The notes under the pieces were generated by a model that was not told the DNA's origin, ran no database searches, and was given only the letters and a program-made list of their open reading frames with translations. Shown piece after piece: positions 1 to 13,088 of a stretch of 64,000 nucleotides of DNA. Within the stretch, counting starts at the first letter, position 1. The number at the start of each line of letters is the position of its first letter. The translations under genes and the position numbers were made by a program. The DNA is taken from positions 1,302,001 to 1,366,000 of the forward strand of contig NC_079238.1 in the NCBI RefSeq assembly GCF_027921745.1, read 5' to 3'. Source of the DNA: Schizosaccharomyces osmophilus (lineage: Eukaryota).

Positions 1-337
1 TCAGTTCATTTTTAGAACGACGATTGCCCAAAAGCCTAGAACCTAACTTTCTTTTTAAAAGGAAACAGGGAAAAATAATTGTCGAATTAGAAACGGTAAA
101 ACAAACAGCCGGGTTTCCTCGTGTTTGCTCTGTTCATGATAGAATGTCTGTTTTTGGTGGAACAACCATCGTCAAAGGATTTTTATGCGCAAACATCCTT
201 GTCTTATATATATTTTTGTTTAAAAAATATAAAAAATAAAAAACCTTAGTTATTAAGTAATCAGAACGTTCTCATTATTATACGTGACCGGAATGGTGTC
301 TCGAAAAATGTACATCCTCTCCAAATAATGCAGGAAA

Positions 338-981
338 TTACTGGATAAGACAACATGAATTTTGTTTCTTTGCAGACTTGTAAAACATACGAGATTGACT
401 AGACAAATTGTCGCTACGAGCAATCAAATCATCCAGTTTCTCACCACGAGCTAAAACACTTTCAATGGTTCTATGAAGCACATCCTTTGTCTCATCCAAT
501 TCTTGCTGCACACGCATAATTGTGTCTGCCTGTTTCGGATCCTGGTATTTTGATAAGTACGTATCGAGCTCTGGGAATGGAAGGGTAACTGCACCAGACT
601 CCCATTTTTGACGAGGGTTTTTTGTAACAAACTCATCTAATAATTTATTCAACAAAGTGTATGCGACTCGCAAAGGATATTCTTTGTCGCTTGCAATGAC
701 ACCACACAAACCATCTGAACGATTATAAACATGAAATACATAGTCTGATTCTTCAACGTCTTGTCTTTGTCCAGGGCTAGTTCTTTCCGTCACCGTCTTC
801 GTAAAAAATGTCATGAACTCTCCAACACTAATTTCATACGCTGTTAGCTAAAAATTCATATACCGTGATTTCCATACGTAGACCTCTGAAAGAAGGAGAA
901 GCTCGAAAGATCTGAAGCTGTACATAGCAACTGAACTGGCTTTGGGTCAAACCGAAGAATAGAAATTGAATACAGCTTCAT
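338..981 (-). CDS. ykt6: R-SNARE Ykt6 (longin + SNARE motif), 197 aa; exons 981-878, 827-338
   Basis: ATG at 981 ([11 protein letters not shown]...); intron 877-828 GTATGG..CTAAC..TAG restores the frame; SNARE motif RGEKLDDL; C-terminal CCLIQ prenylation/palmitoylation motif. Confidence 0.96.
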
Positions 982-1258
982 CTTCTTCTTAATGCTGCAA
1001 GTTATAGCGTTTTGGTTCCGACCAAGTTTGTTTCTACCATACTTGATAACACCTCATGGATTACCGCGCTGCACCGCAGATTGCTATACCTGAATCGAGT
1101 ACAAAATACTGCCTTCGGCAAAAACCCATTAACCAGTTTATATAGCCTTTTAAGATCAGTTCATTAGGAATTGTAAGAAAGTACTTCTTCTACAGAATTA
1201 GGAATTTGAGAAACTTGCCTTCTTTGAGAAATCGCGAAACTTTTTGATACTGGCTTAT

Positions 1259-4200
1259 ATGGAATTAGCGCTCAAGCATGTAACGAATCGCTTAGAAAAG
1301 CTGGATTCGAATTGTTTTCAAGATGATATTTATACTTTTGAACCGAAGAATGTGAATTCTTCACTACATTCGGTTGGAAGAACCATTAATGATATTTTGG
1401 ATACGACTTACACATTTCTACCAAAAAAAGTACCTATACAAGAAAATGAATTGGTCGAGGATACAATCTCTAATTTACGTTGGCTAAAGGAAAAATGTGA
1501 AACAGTTTGCTCTACTATGGATGCGGAATTGAGCCCTTCCACCTTGTTCGACTCGATTGTTGAGGCCCTTCTATCAGAAAACGACGAATTGACTGTACAG
1601 GAGGATTTGATTAATCTCGTCGGTTTTGAAAATGTTGAGCTCTTATCTCAGATTTTTGAAAGGTCATCGTTAATTTTGCAGGAGTACACTAGTCAATCGA
1701 TTTCCATGGACGAAAAAGCTTCCGCAGACCCAAGTGTTACTCACGGACAAGCCCTTTTGGATTCTATTCGAACAAAGGGACCTCAATTTACACGATCCAA
1801 AGACAACCGCGGTCCATTATTTACTGGACAGCAAGTTTTCGAAAGTGAAAAGTATCCCCATGTTTACGGTGACAAAAGGCTTGGAAATACTATTAGTGTC
1901 ATCGGCAAGAAATTCGCTTTGCCAGCTGGAAGTCAACGAGATGACTATGACAAATACGAGGAAATAACTGTCCCTCCTGCAAAACATATACCCCCTATGC
2001 AAAGCGAATCCCCAATTAATGTAAGTTCCTTGGATACTTTATGCAAGAAAACGTTTATGCGATATGAAACCCTGAATAGGATCCAGTCACTTGTGTTTCC
2101 CGTTGCTTACAAGACGAATGAAAATATGCTCATTTGTGCCCCTACGGGTGCCGGTAAAACCGATGTTGCCTTACTTACCATTCTGCAAACGATATCTAAC
2201 TTTACTGAGAAATTGGGTCTAGACGAGCAAAACGAAGAACGCTTGCGGGTTTTGAAAGACGATTTTAAAATTATTTATATTGCACCTATGAAAGCTTTAG
2301 CTGCAGAGGTCGTAGAAAAGATGGATAAACGTCTTAAATGGCTAGGACTAAAGACGAGGGAGCTGACTGGTGATATGCAATTAACCAAAAGTGAAATTGC
2401 AGAAACTCAAATTATCGTTACTACTCCCGAAAAATGGGATGTCGTTACTAGAAAGAGCGTAGGCGATAGCCAGTTAACAGAAAAAGTTCGAATGGTCATC
2501 ATTGATGAAATTCACATGCTTCACGATGATCGTGGTGCTGTCATTGAATCATTAGTTGCCCGGACCCAGCGATTCGTAGAAACAAGTCAGCAGATGATTC
2601 GAATCGTTGGGTTATCTGCGACTCTTCCCAATTACCTTGACGTAGCTGACTTTTTGGGTGTTAATAGATATAAAGGATTATTTTATTTTTCTTCTGCTTT
2701 TCGTCCATGCCCTATTGAGCATCATTTTATTGGTGCCAAAGGATCACCTAAAGTAGTAAGTACAAATGTTGATGAAGCTTGTTTCGATAAAGTCCTTAAA
2801 CTTATTCGCGAAGGGCATCAGGTGATGATTTTTGTTCATTCCAGAAAGGAGACAGTAAAATCTGCTATTAAAATCAAAGAACAATTTTTCCACGAAGGTG
2901 CCGCTGATTATCTTGACTGCTCAACTCATGAGAAATATGGGCTTCTTCAGAGGGAAGTTGCTAAATCTAAAAATAAAGATTTAAGAGAACTATTTAAGTA
3001 TGGTGTCGGCATCCATAATGCTGGTATGTTACGTTCTGATAGACATTTAACAGAGCGCCTTTTTTCACAAGGCGTATTAAAGATCTTGTGCTGCACAGCT
3101 ACACTCGCTTGGGGTGTCAATCTTCCAGCTTACGCGGTAGTTATCAAAGGTACTCAACTGTATAATCCCCAGAAGGGTTCTTTTGTTGATTTGGGCGTTT
3201 TGGATGTTTTGCAGATTTTTGGTCGTGCTGGTCGTCCGCAATTTGAAAATTCGGCTGCTGCATTTATTATCACTTCCCATGATAAGCTTTCTCACTATGT
3301 TTCTGTTGTCACTCAACAGACACCGATTGAATCTCGGTTTACTGAACGGCTAGTTGATAATTTGAATGCAGAAATTGCTCTAGGAACTGTCACGAATGTG
3401 GATGAAGCTGTAACTTGGTTAGGTTATACATATTTGTACATCAGAATGCGACGAAATCCCTTAATTTACGGAATTGCTTACGATGAACTGTTAGATGATC
3501 CTTTGTTGGGCAGCAAACGACGAGAGTTGATTGAGTTGGCTGCTACAAGATTGGCCGAAAATCAAATGATCATTTTTAATAAACGGAACGGTTATTTATC
3601 ACCTAAAGATTTGGGAAGAATTGCTTCTCATTTTTATATCTCGTATCAAACCGTTACCACCCTGAATGGTTTACTAAAAAGTAAGATGTCGGAAGCCGAT
3701 ATTCTTTCTTTACTAAGTCAGTGTACCGAATTCTCACAGATAAAATCCAGAGAAAACGAGCATAAAGAGTTGGAATCATTAATGGAACACAACGCTCCAT
3801 GTCAATTAAGGGATAGCATTTCAAACACTGCAGGTAAAGTCAATGTTATCTTACAAAGCTATATATCCCAAGCTCGCGTTGAGGATTTTACTCTAACCTC
3901 TGATACAAATTACGTTGCTCAAAATGCCGGACGAATTTCACGATCTTTGTTTGAAATTGCTTTATCTCGTGCTTGGGCATCAGCTTTTACTATTTTAAAC
4001 TTGAGTAAATCAATTGAAAAGAGACAGTGGGGGTTTGAACATCCATTATTGCAATTCGATCTCCCAAATGATATTGCCGCTAAACTTGAAAATCAATACA
4101 GTAACCTTTCTGTTGAAGACTTATCTGAAATGTCTGCCAGTGAACTCGGAGATTATGTTCACAATAAGAAAATGGGACCCACTATAAAGCACTGTGTCTC

Positions 4201-7048
4201 TCGCTTACCTTTACTTGGAGTAGAAGCTGACTTGTTACCCTTGACTAAAAATGTACTTCGGTTGACTTTGACAATTAATGCTAAGTTTACTTGGGACATG
4301 AAGTACCATGGCAATTCACAACTGTTCTGGATTTTTGTTGAAGATAGCGATGGGTTGGAAATTCTTTATCATGAGCTTCTTGTACTAAACAGGAAAAGTT
4401 CTACATCCCCCCAGTTAATGTCGTTCACAATCCCTATTTCTGATCCTTTACCATCTCAATTATATATTGTTGCGATGTCCGATAGATGGATTGGCGCTGA
4501 AACTGTTACTCCGGTTTCATTGTCGAACGTGGTTTTGCATGAAGATTCTAATCCTGTGACTGAACTTTTGGATTTACAACCTTTGCCTATAACTGCTCTC
4601 CATAATCCTGTGTTGGAGTACATTTGTGGAAAAAGATTCGCATTTTTCAATGCAGTACAAACACAATTCTTTCATACCGTATATCATACAGATGCTAATG
4701 TCTTTGTCGGTGCTCCTACTGGATCTGGTAAAACAATGGCAGCAGAATTTGCTACTTGGCGTGCTATTCAAAAGAATCCATCTCACAAGGTTATTTATAT
4801 TGCTCCAATGAAAGCCTTGGTTAAAGAAAGAATGAGCGATTGGGGTTCCAGATTAATAGAGCCAATGGGACTGAGCATGATTGAATTAACTGGTGATACC
4901 AACCTTGATACGAAGACAATTATGGAGGCGAATATTATTATCACAACACCAGAAAAATGGGATGGTATATCCAGAAGTTGGAAAACTAGGAAATATGTTC
5001 AAGACGTTTCTTTGGTTATTCTTGATGAAATTCATTTGCTAGGAAGTGATCGAGGTCCTATTTTGGAAATGATTGTTTCTCGTATGAATTATATAGCCTC
5101 ACAAACGAATAAGGGTGTCAGAATTGTCGGCCTTTCTACTGCTGTTGCGAACGCAAACGATTTGGCTGATTGGCTCAATATTAAGGATGGCTTGTTTAAC
5201 TTTAGGCATTCTGTCCGTCCTGTACCTTTAGAAATCTACATAGATGGTTTTCCTGGAAGGGCTTACTGTCCGCGTATGATGTCCATGAATAAGCCTGCTT
5301 TTCAAGCTATCAAAACACATTCTCCTACACAACCTGTTTTGATATTTGTTTCTTCTCGTCGACAAACAAGACTTACCGCGAAAGATTTAATTGCATATTG
5401 TGGTTTAGAGGATAATCCGCGCAGGTTTCTGCATATGGATGATTCAGAGTTAGAAATGATTCTTTCCAGAGTTGAAGACAAGAATTTGAAGTTGGCTTTA
5501 CCATTTGGCATGGCTCTTCACCATGCTGGTCTTACCGAAGGCGATCGTAAGATTTCTGAAGAATTATTTGTCAACAACAAAATTCAAATTCTTATAGCTA
5601 CAAGCACTTTGGCTTGGGGTGTTAACACTCCAGCCCATTTAGTTATTGTGAAAGGTACCGAATATTACGATGTTAAAATTGAAGGCTACAAAGACATGGA
5701 TATAACCGACGTCTTGCAGATGCTTGGACGTGCTGGACGACCTCAATTCGACAGCTCTGGTGTTGCTCGTATATTTGTGCAAGACACTAAGAAGTCATTT
5801 TATAAACATTTTCTTCATAGTGGGTTTCCAGTTGAGTCTTACTTGCATAAAGTACTAGATAATCATCTAAACGCAGAGATAGCTAGCGGCACTATTGATA
5901 GTATTCAAGGCGCACTGGACTTTCTGACATGGACGTATTTCTATCGTAGAGTTTATCAGAATCCTATTTACTACGGTGCTGAAGGTGATGATCAGGACAG
6001 TGTAGATAAATTTTTATCAGGCTTAATTGTCAGCGGTTTTATGGAACTTGAGAAATCTGCCTGTATCTACCGCGTGGATGAGGAAGATTATGCTCCTACT
6101 TCTTTGGGGAAGATTGTTAGTTATTATTACTTATTTCACCATACTGTGAGGAATTATGTACAGAAAGTTAAAGAAGAGATTGATTTTCAATTCGCTCTCC
6201 AACTTCTTTGTGAAGCTACCGAATTTGATGATTTAGCTGTTCGACACAACGAAGATTTAATTAACGCTGAAATCAATAAGGGCCTCAAGTATTCTGCCGA
6301 GTGCCTTAACCTAAATATGGTTGATCCGCATGTGAAAGCATTTATCTTGTCTCAGGCTCATATTGGTAGATTGAAACTTCCTATCGACGATTATATTACA
6401 GATACTCTTCAAGTTTTGGACCAGGTTATTCGTATCATTCAAGCATACATTGACGTTGCAGCTGAATTAGGATATTCACAAGTTTGCTTGCAATATATGA
6501 CTTTATTGCAGTGTTTTAAGCAAGCTTGTTATCCCGATGAGCTATACAGAAATGCGCTTCCAGGATTGCATTGTAATGATGAGAAAGATGCTATGAAAAT
6601 AGTATATCAATTCGCTGGTAAATCGAGAGAAAATCTTGAAAAGGGATTATCGAAAAATGAAAATGTTTTCGACCTATCAGCTGCTATCGAAAAGCTTATG
6701 GCATATCCTGATTTGGATATTAGGGTATCGCAAAAAGAATCACACAAACTATATGTTTCTTTGCGCCGTAAAAACAAACCTTTGAATCCCGACTTTACTA
6801 TTTCTGCTCGATTTCCTAAACCTCAAACCGAAGGTTTCTTTGTTTTAATCGTTGACTTGGCTACAAAGGAATTGTTTGCTATTCGTCGTGCATCCTTGTC
6901 TGGAAAAGGACAGTCAAATCAACTTAGACTCTCACTTACTTGCAAATTAGAAATTCCTGAGCCATGCCGTGGACGCAAAGTCAAAGTCATAGTTGTCTGC
7001 GATGGATATCCTTTGACATACGAACAAAAATTCGTTCTACAAGAATAA
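1259..7048 (+). CDS. mug81: Ski2-like tandem-cassette helicase, Slh1/ASCC3 orthologue (Mug81)
   Basis: Two helicase cassettes (APTGAGKT...[12 protein letters not shown]...[12 protein letters not shown] twice) plus Sec63-like regions; first ATG at 1259 (the ORF track starts at a TTG, 1244). Confidence 0.92.
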   Translation: MELALKHVTNRLEKLDSNCFQDDIYTFEPKNVNSSLHSVGRTINDILDTTYTFLPKKVPIQENELVEDTISNLRWLKEKCETVCSTMDAELSPSTLFDSIVEALLSENDELTVQEDLINLVGFENVELLSQIFERSSLILQEYTSQSISMDEKASADPSVTHGQALLDSIRTKGPQFTRSKDNRGPLFTGQQVFESEKYPHVYGDKRLGNTISVIGKKFALPAGSQRDDYDKYEEITVPPAKHIPPMQSESPINVSSLDTLCKKTFMRYETLNRIQSLVFPVAYKTNENMLICAPTGAGKTDVALLTILQTISNFTEKLGLDEQNEERLRVLKDDFKIIYIAPMKALAAEVVEKMDKRLKWLGLKTRELTGDMQLTKSEIAETQIIVTTPEKWDVVTRKSVGDSQLTEKVRMVIIDEIHMLHDDRGAVIESLVARTQRFVETSQQMIRIVGLSATLPNYLDVADFLGVNRYKGLFYFSSAFRPCPIEHHFIGAKGSPKVVSTNVDEACFDKVLKLIREGHQVMIFVHSRKETVKSAIKIKEQFFHEGAADYLDCSTHEKYGLLQREVAKSKNKDLRELFKYGVGIHNAGMLRSDRHLTERLFSQGVLKILCCTATLAWGVNLPAYAVVIKGTQLYNPQKGSFVDLGVLDVLQIFGRAGRPQFENSAAAFIITSHDKLSHYVSVVTQQTPIESRFTERLVDNLNAEIALGTVTNVDEAVTWLGYTYLYIRMRRNPLIYGIAYDELLDDPLLGSKRRELIELAATRLAENQMIIFNKRNGYLSPKDLGRIASHFYISYQTVTTLNGLLKSKMSEADILSLLSQCTEFSQIKSRENEHKELESLMEHNAPCQLRDSISNTAGKVNVILQSYISQARVEDFTLTSDTNYVAQNAGRISRSLFEIALSRAWASAFTILNLSKSIEKRQWGFEHPLLQFDLPNDIAAKLENQYSNLSVEDLSEMSASELGDYVHNKKMGPTIKHCVSRLPLLGVEADLLPLTKNVLRLTLTINAKFTWDMKYHGNSQLFWIFVEDSDGLEILYHELLVLNRKSSTSPQLMSFTIPISDPLPSQLYIVAMSDRWIGAETVTPVSLSNVVLHEDSNPVTELLDLQPLPITALHNPVLEYICGKRFAFFNAVQTQFFHTVYHTDANVFVGAPTGSGKTMAAEFATWRAIQKNPSHKVIYIAPMKALVKERMSDWGSRLIEPMGLSMIELTGDTNLDTKTIMEANIIITTPEKWDGISRSWKTRKYVQDVSLVILDEIHLLGSDRGPILEMIVSRMNYIASQTNKGVRIVGLSTAVANANDLADWLNIKDGLFNFRHSVRPVPLEIYIDGFPGRAYCPRMMSMNKPAFQAIKTHSPTQPVLIFVSSRRQTRLTAKDLIAYCGLEDNPRRFLHMDDSELEMILSRVEDKNLKLALPFGMALHHAGLTEGDRKISEELFVNNKIQILIATSTLAWGVNTPAHLVIVKGTEYYDVKIEGYKDMDITDVLQMLGRAGRPQFDSSGVARIFVQDTKKSFYKHFLHSGFPVESYLHKVLDNHLNAEIASGTIDSIQGALDFLTWTYFYRRVYQNPIYYGAEGDDQDSVDKFLSGLIVSGFMELEKSACIYRVDEEDYAPTSLGKIVSYYYLFHHTVRNYVQKVKEEIDFQFALQLLCEATEFDDLAVRHNEDLINAEINKGLKYSAECLNLNMVDPHVKAFILSQAHIGRLKLPIDDYITDTLQVLDQVIRIIQAYIDVAAELGYSQVCLQYMTLLQCFKQACYPDELYRNALPGLHCNDEKDAMKIVYQFAGKSRENLEKGLSKNENVFDLSAAIEKLMAYPDLDIRVSQKESHKLYVSLRRKNKPLNPDFTISARFPKPQTEGFFVLIVDLATKELFAIRRASLSGKGQSNQLRLSLTCKLEIPEPCRGRKVKVIVVCDGYPLTYEQKFVLQE

Positions 7049-7220
7049 GAGCGAAATGATATCTAACTTATTTATTAGTCTTACAATGCTTTTGGTAGTA
7101 AAAATTAGAAATGCAATGTTTTGCTGTATTCAAAGACCAAAAAAGATACTATATTAACATATACCAAAAAAAATAACAAGTATTATATAATTAACCCAAT
7201 ATACCAACCCACAAAACCTA

Positions 7221-8647
7221 TCAATACTCTTCCATTTCCTGAGGGATTTCTTCGCCACGACTGGCACTGTTGACCAATTCACGACGAATTTCTGGGCCGA
7301 TGGAGTAATGGCCTTTAACACGTACAACCTCCAAAAGTGCATCTTTTTGCTCAGAAGTAATGTCAAACTTGTAACGTTGAGCAAAGACAAGCATTGATTG
7401 ATGTTCCAAAACAGCCAAAGGACGATCCAAAGCTTTCCAGCGCATAAAATAGAAAACGAGCGAATCCAAAACCTTGTAAGGTAATGCATACTTTTTATCT
7501 AATAAGATTCGAATAAAGACGGAACTAGCACCATTAACATCAAATTCTGTTAAACGAAGTAAGGCAGCAGCAGAATGAAGAACCGGTACTGAAACTTTTA
7601 CTAAAACACTACCAACGATGGCAGCTTCACGTAAACTACAATTTTCCTAAATAAAAAGATTAGTAAATGACCTAAGATATAGATTCAACAACTTACCGAA
7701 ACGAGAGGAAACAAAAATCCTTTGAAAAAAGCCGAAGGTTTATACAAAGCCTTCTTCAAAGCCATATATAAATGATAATTTAACTTTTTGTTAGTTTGGA
7801 TATCTTCACGAATTCTTTCAAGAACAATCACGTTCAAAAAGTGCTGAGCTTGAATGGGTTTCAAGTTCGAAATGAAAATACGAGTAGCCTCATAACAGGC
7901 ATGAGGGGTCCATGTATCGGGACGTGTGATATATAAAATTTCTTCCCAATTCGATAAGGTAGGAATAATCTTGAATGCCTTAGGAATTTTTCCTGAGCGA
8001 TATTTACTCAACAAAACACCTACTTTTGAAAAGACTTCAATCACTTTCGGGGGGAGAGGAGGCATTGCCTCTTCTTCTTCCTCAGCAGTAGGAACATGTT
8101 CACCTCGTGAACGAGCCTCAGCCTCGCTAATTTTTTGCATAATCAAATCAGAAAGGTTTGTTGATTGTTCTTCAGGGGCATCATCTTTTCCTTGATCATT
8201 GTTTTCGGGGAAAAATTTATCAAAAAGTTTACGATCAGTTTCGTCTATGTCTAATTCTTCATATTCATCATCTTCACCGAATTCCTCACTATCACTAGCA
8301 TTGGAAGCAGCATCCGATTGATCTGATCCATCATCTTCATCTCTTGGCTCAATGACCGGGTTTTCAAGAGTATCCTTCTCGTGAGACGATTGTGGGTACC
8401 CCTCCTCTTCAGAAAGAGTTTTTGGTTTTCCATCAGCTTCTTCTTGTTCTAGCTCTTCTTGTTGCTCTCTAGCCAATTGCAAAACCCGTTTGGATGCTTT
8501 TGCATCCATATATCCATTTCTGTCTACATTTTCTTTTCCTTTCTTTTGCTTACTGGACTTTTGTCGTAGAATTCCGGTTTCAGACGAATCAGCAATGTCC
8601 TTGTATAAAGGAGCATGCTGCAATTTTGGTTTAGGTGCCTTCGGCAT
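7221..8647 (-). CDS. enp1: Bystin-family 40S biogenesis factor Enp1, ~458 aa; exons 8647-7697, 7646-7221
   Basis: Bystin motifs YRSGKIPKAFKIIP, LKKALYKPSAFFKG, WHQ-like EHQSMLVFAQRYK; intron 7696-7647 GTAAGT..CTAAT..TAG joins the two ORF pieces in frame. Confidence 0.95.
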
Positions 8648-9236
8648 ATTTTTATCTACTAGTTCTTTAGTTCGAATGCCGTACCAGAGAGCTATGCTGA
8701 AGGTAGGTTTTTAAATGATTAGGAAGAACTTGGGTATGCAGCTGACGCTAATTTGCGTTAACTACACTTTATGAGTTATGTTTTAGTCTGTTAAAGATCT
8801 TAGTGATAGTTAGCAATACGGTAATTAGACGTAACCTAATGCATTCCATCTCCCAATTTACACTTTTGTTGCAGAAACTTACATACATTAGATTTATTGA
8901 TTTTCAAGTTGAAGGTCAAACGACCTCTATATCAAAAAACGAAATTCTTATTTATACGAAAGCTCAAGATTGACTTACAGTCTTTGAGTCTACTCCTTGA
9001 ACGCTTGTTTGAATGCTCTTGTAATCATTTTGGATGCATACTGCAGTTTGGATTTCTTTGTACGTTTTCGCTTGAAAAGAAAAGGAAAGGAATTTTTTTT
9101 CGGTTTTTTCTTTGTGTATAATAGCTTTCGACTTCGTTCATAGAATTACAGGAATTGCATTTATCCATGATCGTTTGTTGCAATACAATAATCAGAAATT
9201 GAAGTTGTTTAGAAAAGGATACTTCATAGTATAAAC

Positions 9237-11156
9237 ATGTCGTTTTCGGAAGCACTGCCTTATAACCCTTCGAGCCTGAGCTGGAACGATACGCATACTC
9301 TTAATGACCAGAATCAATACTGTTATTGTGGAAAGGATCGCAATCTAAAATTCCCTGATGCGCAATGCCGTACATGTCAAAACTTTTTCCATCTTTCTTG
9401 CTTGACACCCCCGTGCAATAGTATGACTGGCTTTTCCACGAATTATACCTTTACGTGCCGACTTTGCAGCGACGACGGATTTGAGCATTTGGAACGAGGA
9501 GTATCAGCTTGGAAAGCCGTAACGGCTACCTCGATGGCCAATTTGGTAGTTAAGCGCTATACTGATGCTCATCCTGATGTACCTATCGAAGACTTGAATG
9601 CCGCTAATAAAAAGAATTTTGCTGGCGACAAATTCTTCTTCAAAAAAAAGGAGGATTTAATCCCTTATATAGAAGAAAACTGGCACCTGTTGTGTCCCGA
9701 TCGTGAAAAAGTGCAAACTTGGCAAGCTACTTTAGGAAGTTGCTTGGTTGCCAATAAAGATACATACAGTGCAAAGGATGAGTCTTTAAGGAACCAGAAC
9801 TCCGAATATTCTTTGAGTAATCCTAATTTATTTATTTTTCGCTCTGGCTACATTGTGCCTTTCCAAAGAATTGGCGCAACCGTTCCGAAGCGGCGGTTTT
9901 CTGAAATGGATTCTTCCTCTCTAGTTTCTGCAAGGTTAAAGGAAGACAATAAAGAACCTAAAAAGGAACAGAAGCGTGTCAATAGCTCTGTATCAAATGC
10001 TTTCAACAAGAAAAAAGACGTGCCCACCATTCCTATACGCTACAAACCGCCTCCTTGGAAGCCGTCTGATTTCAACACTGTCCCCAAACTACCAAGTTTT
10101 ACCCAAGCATCTTCCAATAAATCCCATGGTTTTTTTTCTTTGTCTGAAATTCCTTTTAATTCTCGAGGCTTTCGATACACGCCTTGCGAAGCTGCCCGTG
10201 ATCTCCCAAGTACAATGTATCGTGAAATTGAACTTCCTCCCTTTTGTGCAAGGATCAACTGGCATGATATATCTCCCCCTGTGTTGGTCGATCATTCAGT
10301 GTTGTCAGCGACAGTGGAAAAGGGTTTCCGTATGGCACGTTCCAATGTATTTATGGCTCAAGGAGAATGGTATTTTGAGGTCAGAGTAGAAAAAGGAGGT
10401 GGCCATGATGGCTCTCACGTTCGTGTAGGACTTGCTAGGAGAGAAGCTCCACTCGATGCTCCTGTTGGTTACGACGCTTATTCTTATGGATTGCGAGATG
10501 TAGGAGGGCAGAAAGTCCACATGTCTCGACCGCGAGCTTTTATGGAATCTTTTGGAACTGGAGACGTTATAGGATTTCATATTTCCTTACCAAAAATTAC
10601 GCCGACAGATGTTCAAGCTTCTAACATATACCATGACAGGATTCCTATTCGCTATAGAGGACAGCTCTTTTTTGAGCAGCCAGATTATGTGCCAAGCAAA
10701 GCGATGGATGAACTTTTAGTACCAAATGAACAAGCCAAGTACATGGATTTGGCATATTTACCTAATTCATATATAAAAGTATACAAAAATGGCTCGTATA
10801 TGGGAACTGCGTTTGAAAATTTACTGGATTTTACACCTATTAATTCTATAAACTCTAATCAACATTCATTTAATGACGGTTCTCTGGGTTATTATCCTGC
10901 AATTAGCATGTTTGGAGGAGGAATTGCTAGGTTTCAATTTGGTCCTCAATTTTCGCATCGCCCGTCTGCATTGGGATCAAATGTGCGACCAGTGTCAGAA
11001 AGATATACGGAACAAATTGCAGAAGACGTTTTATGCGATATCCTTGATGAAATTGAATATTCGAATGAACCGAATGCTTTCTCGGCGGATCTACTGCCTG
11101 AACAAGATGAAGCAGGTTTAACAGTCATTCCTGAAATTAAAGAAATATTAGAATAA
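9237..11156 (+). CDS. ash2: Set1C/COMPASS subunit Ash2 (PHD-like finger + SPRY)
   Basis: N-terminal CYCG...C..C..FFH..C finger; SPRY motifs GEWYFEV, APVGYDAYSYGLRD, YYPAISMF. Confidence 0.94.
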   Translation: MSFSEALPYNPSSLSWNDTHTLNDQNQYCYCGKDRNLKFPDAQCRTCQNFFHLSCLTPPCNSMTGFSTNYTFTCRLCSDDGFEHLERGVSAWKAVTATSMANLVVKRYTDAHPDVPIEDLNAANKKNFAGDKFFFKKKEDLIPYIEENWHLLCPDREKVQTWQATLGSCLVANKDTYSAKDESLRNQNSEYSLSNPNLFIFRSGYIVPFQRIGATVPKRRFSEMDSSSLVSARLKEDNKEPKKEQKRVNSSVSNAFNKKKDVPTIPIRYKPPPWKPSDFNTVPKLPSFTQASSNKSHGFFSLSEIPFNSRGFRYTPCEAARDLPSTMYREIELPPFCARINWHDISPPVLVDHSVLSATVEKGFRMARSNVFMAQGEWYFEVRVEKGGGHDGSHVRVGLARREAPLDAPVGYDAYSYGLRDVGGQKVHMSRPRAFMESFGTGDVIGFHISLPKITPTDVQASNIYHDRIPIRYRGQLFFEQPDYVPSKAMDELLVPNEQAKYMDLAYLPNSYIKVYKNGSYMGTAFENLLDFTPINSINSNQHSFNDGSLGYYPAISMFGGGIARFQFGPQFSHRPSALGSNVRPVSERYTEQIAEDVLCDILDEIEYSNEPNAFSADLLPEQDEAGLTVIPEIKEILE

Positions 11157-11251
11157 TAGAAATGATTGCATGCTTTTGATTTACTTTTATGTCATGGGCA
11201 GTTTATTTTAAAAGTTCAATAGATCATGGATAGGTAGACGTGTGGAAGTTT

Positions 11252-12295
11252 TTATGGGAAACATATAGACTTGAAGTTGTTCCAAAATCCTCGATCGTAA
11301 ATATTATCGACCTGAGCAAGTGAGCGCGCCAACGTAGCATCCGGGGGAGCCTCGTCTTGAAGGGTTAGCATTTGAACTCCATTTCTGTAGTGCATATAAA
11401 CTCTAGACTGCTGGATAAGCTCACTCAAACCTGCCCATTTCTCACTTTCGTTTGTTGTATATCCTGCGTACACCAAGTAAAATTCATAACACAAGAAAGA
11501 GAAAACAATTACACTACTAAAGACTGAAATTAAAAAGATGGAACCAAGTTGCCTCTCAGCGGTGATAGCAGCCCACCAGGAGACCAAATGAGACCTTAAA
11601 CTGGGATCCCGCACTTTGTTAAAATGGGATCCGATACAAAGGACACCATACAATTGAATTTGTAATGTGGAAAGTAAAAATAAAAAGAAATAGCGAATAT
11701 TGTTGCGTCCAACACAGTTGTTTATCCAAATGCAATGATGATCAAACTTTTGTACACAGCAGTTGCACAAGCGGCAATGCTTCGATCTAGCTGGCTTCAT
11801 AAATTTACAAGTTTCACACATGCGCGGGAAAAAGATTTTGAAATCGTAAGGGTATGCAGTTGAAACTTCCTGCCAGTTTTTATGTGTAACTACACCGGGA
11901 TCCGAGTACATCGCTGTGTAAAGGGAAATATAGGGCAAACCAGCGGAAATAAATACAAGCAACCAATCCGGTTTATGGTAATGATTCGTAATTGTATGCC
12001 CATGGTATAAGAAGTTAAAAACGCAAAAGCTAATTATACATAAATAGAACAGAACAACAAGAGAATGCTTTTGGAAGAAAACGTAATTTGATAATTTACG
12101 ACAAAAGATGTTGCCTCTGCCGTGAAGCAATTTTTTATCCAGTTGGGATAGTTTCTTTGGAAGCCATACCAAAAACAGTCGGTTCAACTTCCCAATGCAT
12201 GTGTGTCGAAATACTCGAAGCTGTCCAAAAAGCAGAATAAACACGAAGGCACTTATAATGGCTACGAAGAGCAAATATTTGTAAAAAAAGCTCAT
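11252..12295 (-). CDS. swf1: DHHC palmitoyltransferase Swf1
   Basis: [37 protein letters not shown] cysteine-rich domain, TM segments, TTNE motif; first ATG at 12295. Confidence 0.9.
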   Translation of the reverse strand: MSFFYKYLLFVAIISAFVFILLFGQLRVFRHTCIGKLNRLFLVWLPKKLSQLDKKLLHGRGNIFCRKLSNYVFFQKHSLVVLFYLCIISFCVFNFLYHGHTITNHYHKPDWLLVFISAGLPYISLYTAMYSDPGVVTHKNWQEVSTAYPYDFKIFFPRMCETCKFMKPARSKHCRLCNCCVQKFDHHCIWINNCVGRNNIRYFFLFLLSTLQIQLYGVLCIGSHFNKVRDPSLRSHLVSWWAAITAERQLGSIFLISVFSSVIVFSFLCYEFYLVYAGYTTNESEKWAGLSELIQQSRVYMHYRNGVQMLTLQDEAPPDATLARSLAQVDNIYDRGFWNNFKSICFP

Positions 12296-12522
12296 TTCCA
12301 AGACACGATTTTCTGCCACAGCAACGATTATTAAATTTCGTCTGTTTTAAAAAAATAAATCAGCGTTTGACGTTTTACTATTGTGAAAATATTCTTATTC
12401 CCCAATTCATCTTCAGGTCATCCTATGGATGGTGGAGAGAACCTGTACACCTAATGCTTCAGCCAAGTATAAGAACACCACAACTCCCACTTAAACAAAA
12501 CCAAATCAATTATTTGACGAAC

Positions 12523-12897
12523 ATGGCTTCCAATCGGCAAACCTTTGTCCATTTATATAGGGATTTGATGAAAACAGCGAAAATATTTCCCTACACATAC
12601 CGTGAATATACGCTTCGCCGTACTAGAGACAAGTTTAAAGAATTGAAAAATGTAACGGATCCTTCACTGGTGCATGAATTTGAACAAGAAGCACGACATT
12701 TATTAGGAGTTGTACAAAGACAAACAACTCTCAATGGAATGTACAACAAGAGAAATCTCGTTGTCGAGGTAAGTAAAGACGATGGTTTTAGGCTTCCTCG
12801 AAAAGCCGCTATACAATGAAAACTAACCGATCACCAGAATACTGATAATGCAGAAGTAAACGTGAAAAAGTCGTTCGAAAATGCCTCTCAACTTTGA
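12523..12897 (+). CDS. isd11: LYR-motif Fe-S cluster assembly protein Isd11, ~101 aa; exons 12523-12768, 12838-12897
   Basis: LYRDLMK...YTYREY..RR.RDKF LYR signature, RQTTLNGMY..LVVE; intron 12769-12837 GTAAGT..CTAAC..CAG. Confidence 0.9.
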
Positions 12898-13088
12898 GCA
12901 GTAATTTTTTTTTGGTTTCACTTTTGCTCACGATAAAAGCCTGAAAGCCCATACAGCATTACTTCTGAAAAAAAAAAACGAAATATTATTATAATGTTAG
13001 TTTATGATTATGAATCATTTTGCTTCCGTTTCTATCGCCATGTCGTGCGAAAATAAAAGTAGTGGAACAGGGAATCACGGTCATTGAA

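Noticed and set aside
12367..12522. N-terminal extension of isd11 shown in the ORF track
   Set aside because: It starts at TTG inside the short swf1/isd11 divergent promoter; the LYR motif position fits ATG 12523
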